DNA of 64,000 nucleotides, taken from NCBI GenBank assembly GCA_053919585.1, contig CM132807.1. The stretch is one strand, 5' to 3'. The notes under the pieces were generated by a model that did not search any database, was not told where the DNA came from, and was given only the letters and a program-made list of their open reading frames with translations. The translations under genes and the position numbers were made by a program. The stretch comes from Euprymna scolopes. Its lineage: Eukaryota. Within the stretch, counting starts at the first letter, position 1; each line of letters opens with the position of its first letter. This document shows positions 62,640-64,000 of this stretch, piece by piece.

Positions 62640-63720
62640 CATTTAAAAGAGCATTATTTGCACTATCTCATTGTTTAAATTTTAAAAAGCTTTATAACTA
62701 TTATGTCTTCTTGCCAGAACGTTCAATACCAGACGAAAAATGTACATCCGTTCAATTTTGTTACTTCAGTTCAAGCAAGGCCGAAAAGCTGTTGAAAAAG
62801 CTCCCGATATAAACAAAGCGTTTGTCCCAGTAACCATTACATAACGCACAACACAAGGACGTTAAAGAAATTTTATGCCGGCGATGAGAGTATTTTAAAT
62901 GATGAGCTCAGTGGTCGCCCAGCAGATGTTGACAACGATCAATTAAGAGCGTTAATCGAGGCCAATACACGCACACCTGTTCAAGAACTTGATTCTGAAT
63001 TAAATGTTACACATACAATAATTTCCTACATCTGGAAAGATATTGCTGATATACAAACTTTATAAATGAGTGTCTCACAAATTGAATGACAATAAAAAAA
63101 AACGCTTATGAAGTGTTATCGTCCCTCATTTTACGCAACAAGAACGACCCGTTTCCACCTGGTTGTGATTTGCTATGAAAATTTGATTATTTACAACTAG
63201 CGACGCTACGTATAGGGGTTAGACGCCGAGGAAGCTCTACAATACTTTCCGAAGCCTGAGTTGCGCCAAATTAAGGCCAGGTTTACTTTTAAGAGGTCGC
63301 GTCCAGTTTCATCGATTGCAGTTTTCTGAATGCAAGCGAACCAAATATGGCAGAGATGTACTAATGACAAAGAGGTTAAATGCACTAGAAACCTCGGCAA
63401 AATATCTAACATTAGTCAACAGAAAATAACTAATTCTCTCCCTGCCACAATGCCGAAGGAACGTTACAACATCGATTACGTTTATAAGTTTAACAAATTC
63501 GGCTACGAAACTCTGATTCGTCCATCATACTCTCTAGAATTCTCATCAATGCACTACCCCTTTTTTCAAGCACCTCGAAAATTTTCTGTGTGAAAAATGC
63601 TTAAAAAAACCTAAGGGATATCTAAAACACCTACAGTATTTATTCACAACAGGAAAGCAATATTTTTAATCACTAGAATAAATGCGTTTATGTTATCGTC
63701 ATCAAACGTGTGTTTATTTC
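62640..63720 (+). mobile_element. Decayed mariner transposase
   Basis: LNDELSGRPADVDNDQLRALIEANTRTPVQEL, *VSHKLND (WVPHxL), RNKNDPF, VICYEN (VTCDEK), RPSYSLEFSSMHYPFF (HPPYSPDLAPSDY). Confidence 0.8.
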
Positions 63721-64000
63721 AGGTTCTCTTTTCAAATAATAAATTTGGCTGGAGCCGAGAAATGTTCATCTGAACTTAAATTTTGAAAACCCCAAAAACA
63801 CTCTTATTTCATTTTTTCCTGCAAATGACATAAAATGGCTTCCTTGTTTTCTTTCTTTTATTTCACGCTCTTCAACAGAGAAAAATATATTGCTAAAATT
63901 AACATTTATTTTCTTTACGTTCAGAATTGACTAACGGCTTTCCGAATAATATTTGAAAACCGGATCACATATCTTTACTTTTTACATAAAAATTGCATTT

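Overview
AT-rich eukaryotic DNA, most likely an invertebrate metazoan, with seven N-gaps and many (TA)n, (CA)n and (ATT)n tracts. No intact host gene is visible. The window is mostly decayed mobile elements: a near-complete IR/DR Tc1 (DD34E) element, mariner and maT-like remnants, an RTE LINE, CR1/L2-group LINE fragments, two Penelope-like remnants, non-autonomous Helitron-like elements, MITEs, and large 34-bp and 17-bp satellites. The best candidate for an undescribed system is 12084-13917. It is a 1.8-kb insertion flanked by a 19-23 bp direct repeat and starts with a U2 snRNA 5' fragment. Eight structured ~200-bp units follow, each beginning at the U2 GTAGTA|TCTGTTC site, carrying an antisense copy of the U2 branch-point recognition region, and ending in AATAAA. 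Also notable are type I hammerhead ribozymes, including a palindromic head-to-head pair and a tRNA-headed SINE-like hammerhead. All calls come from reading the sequence by eye; no searches were run.
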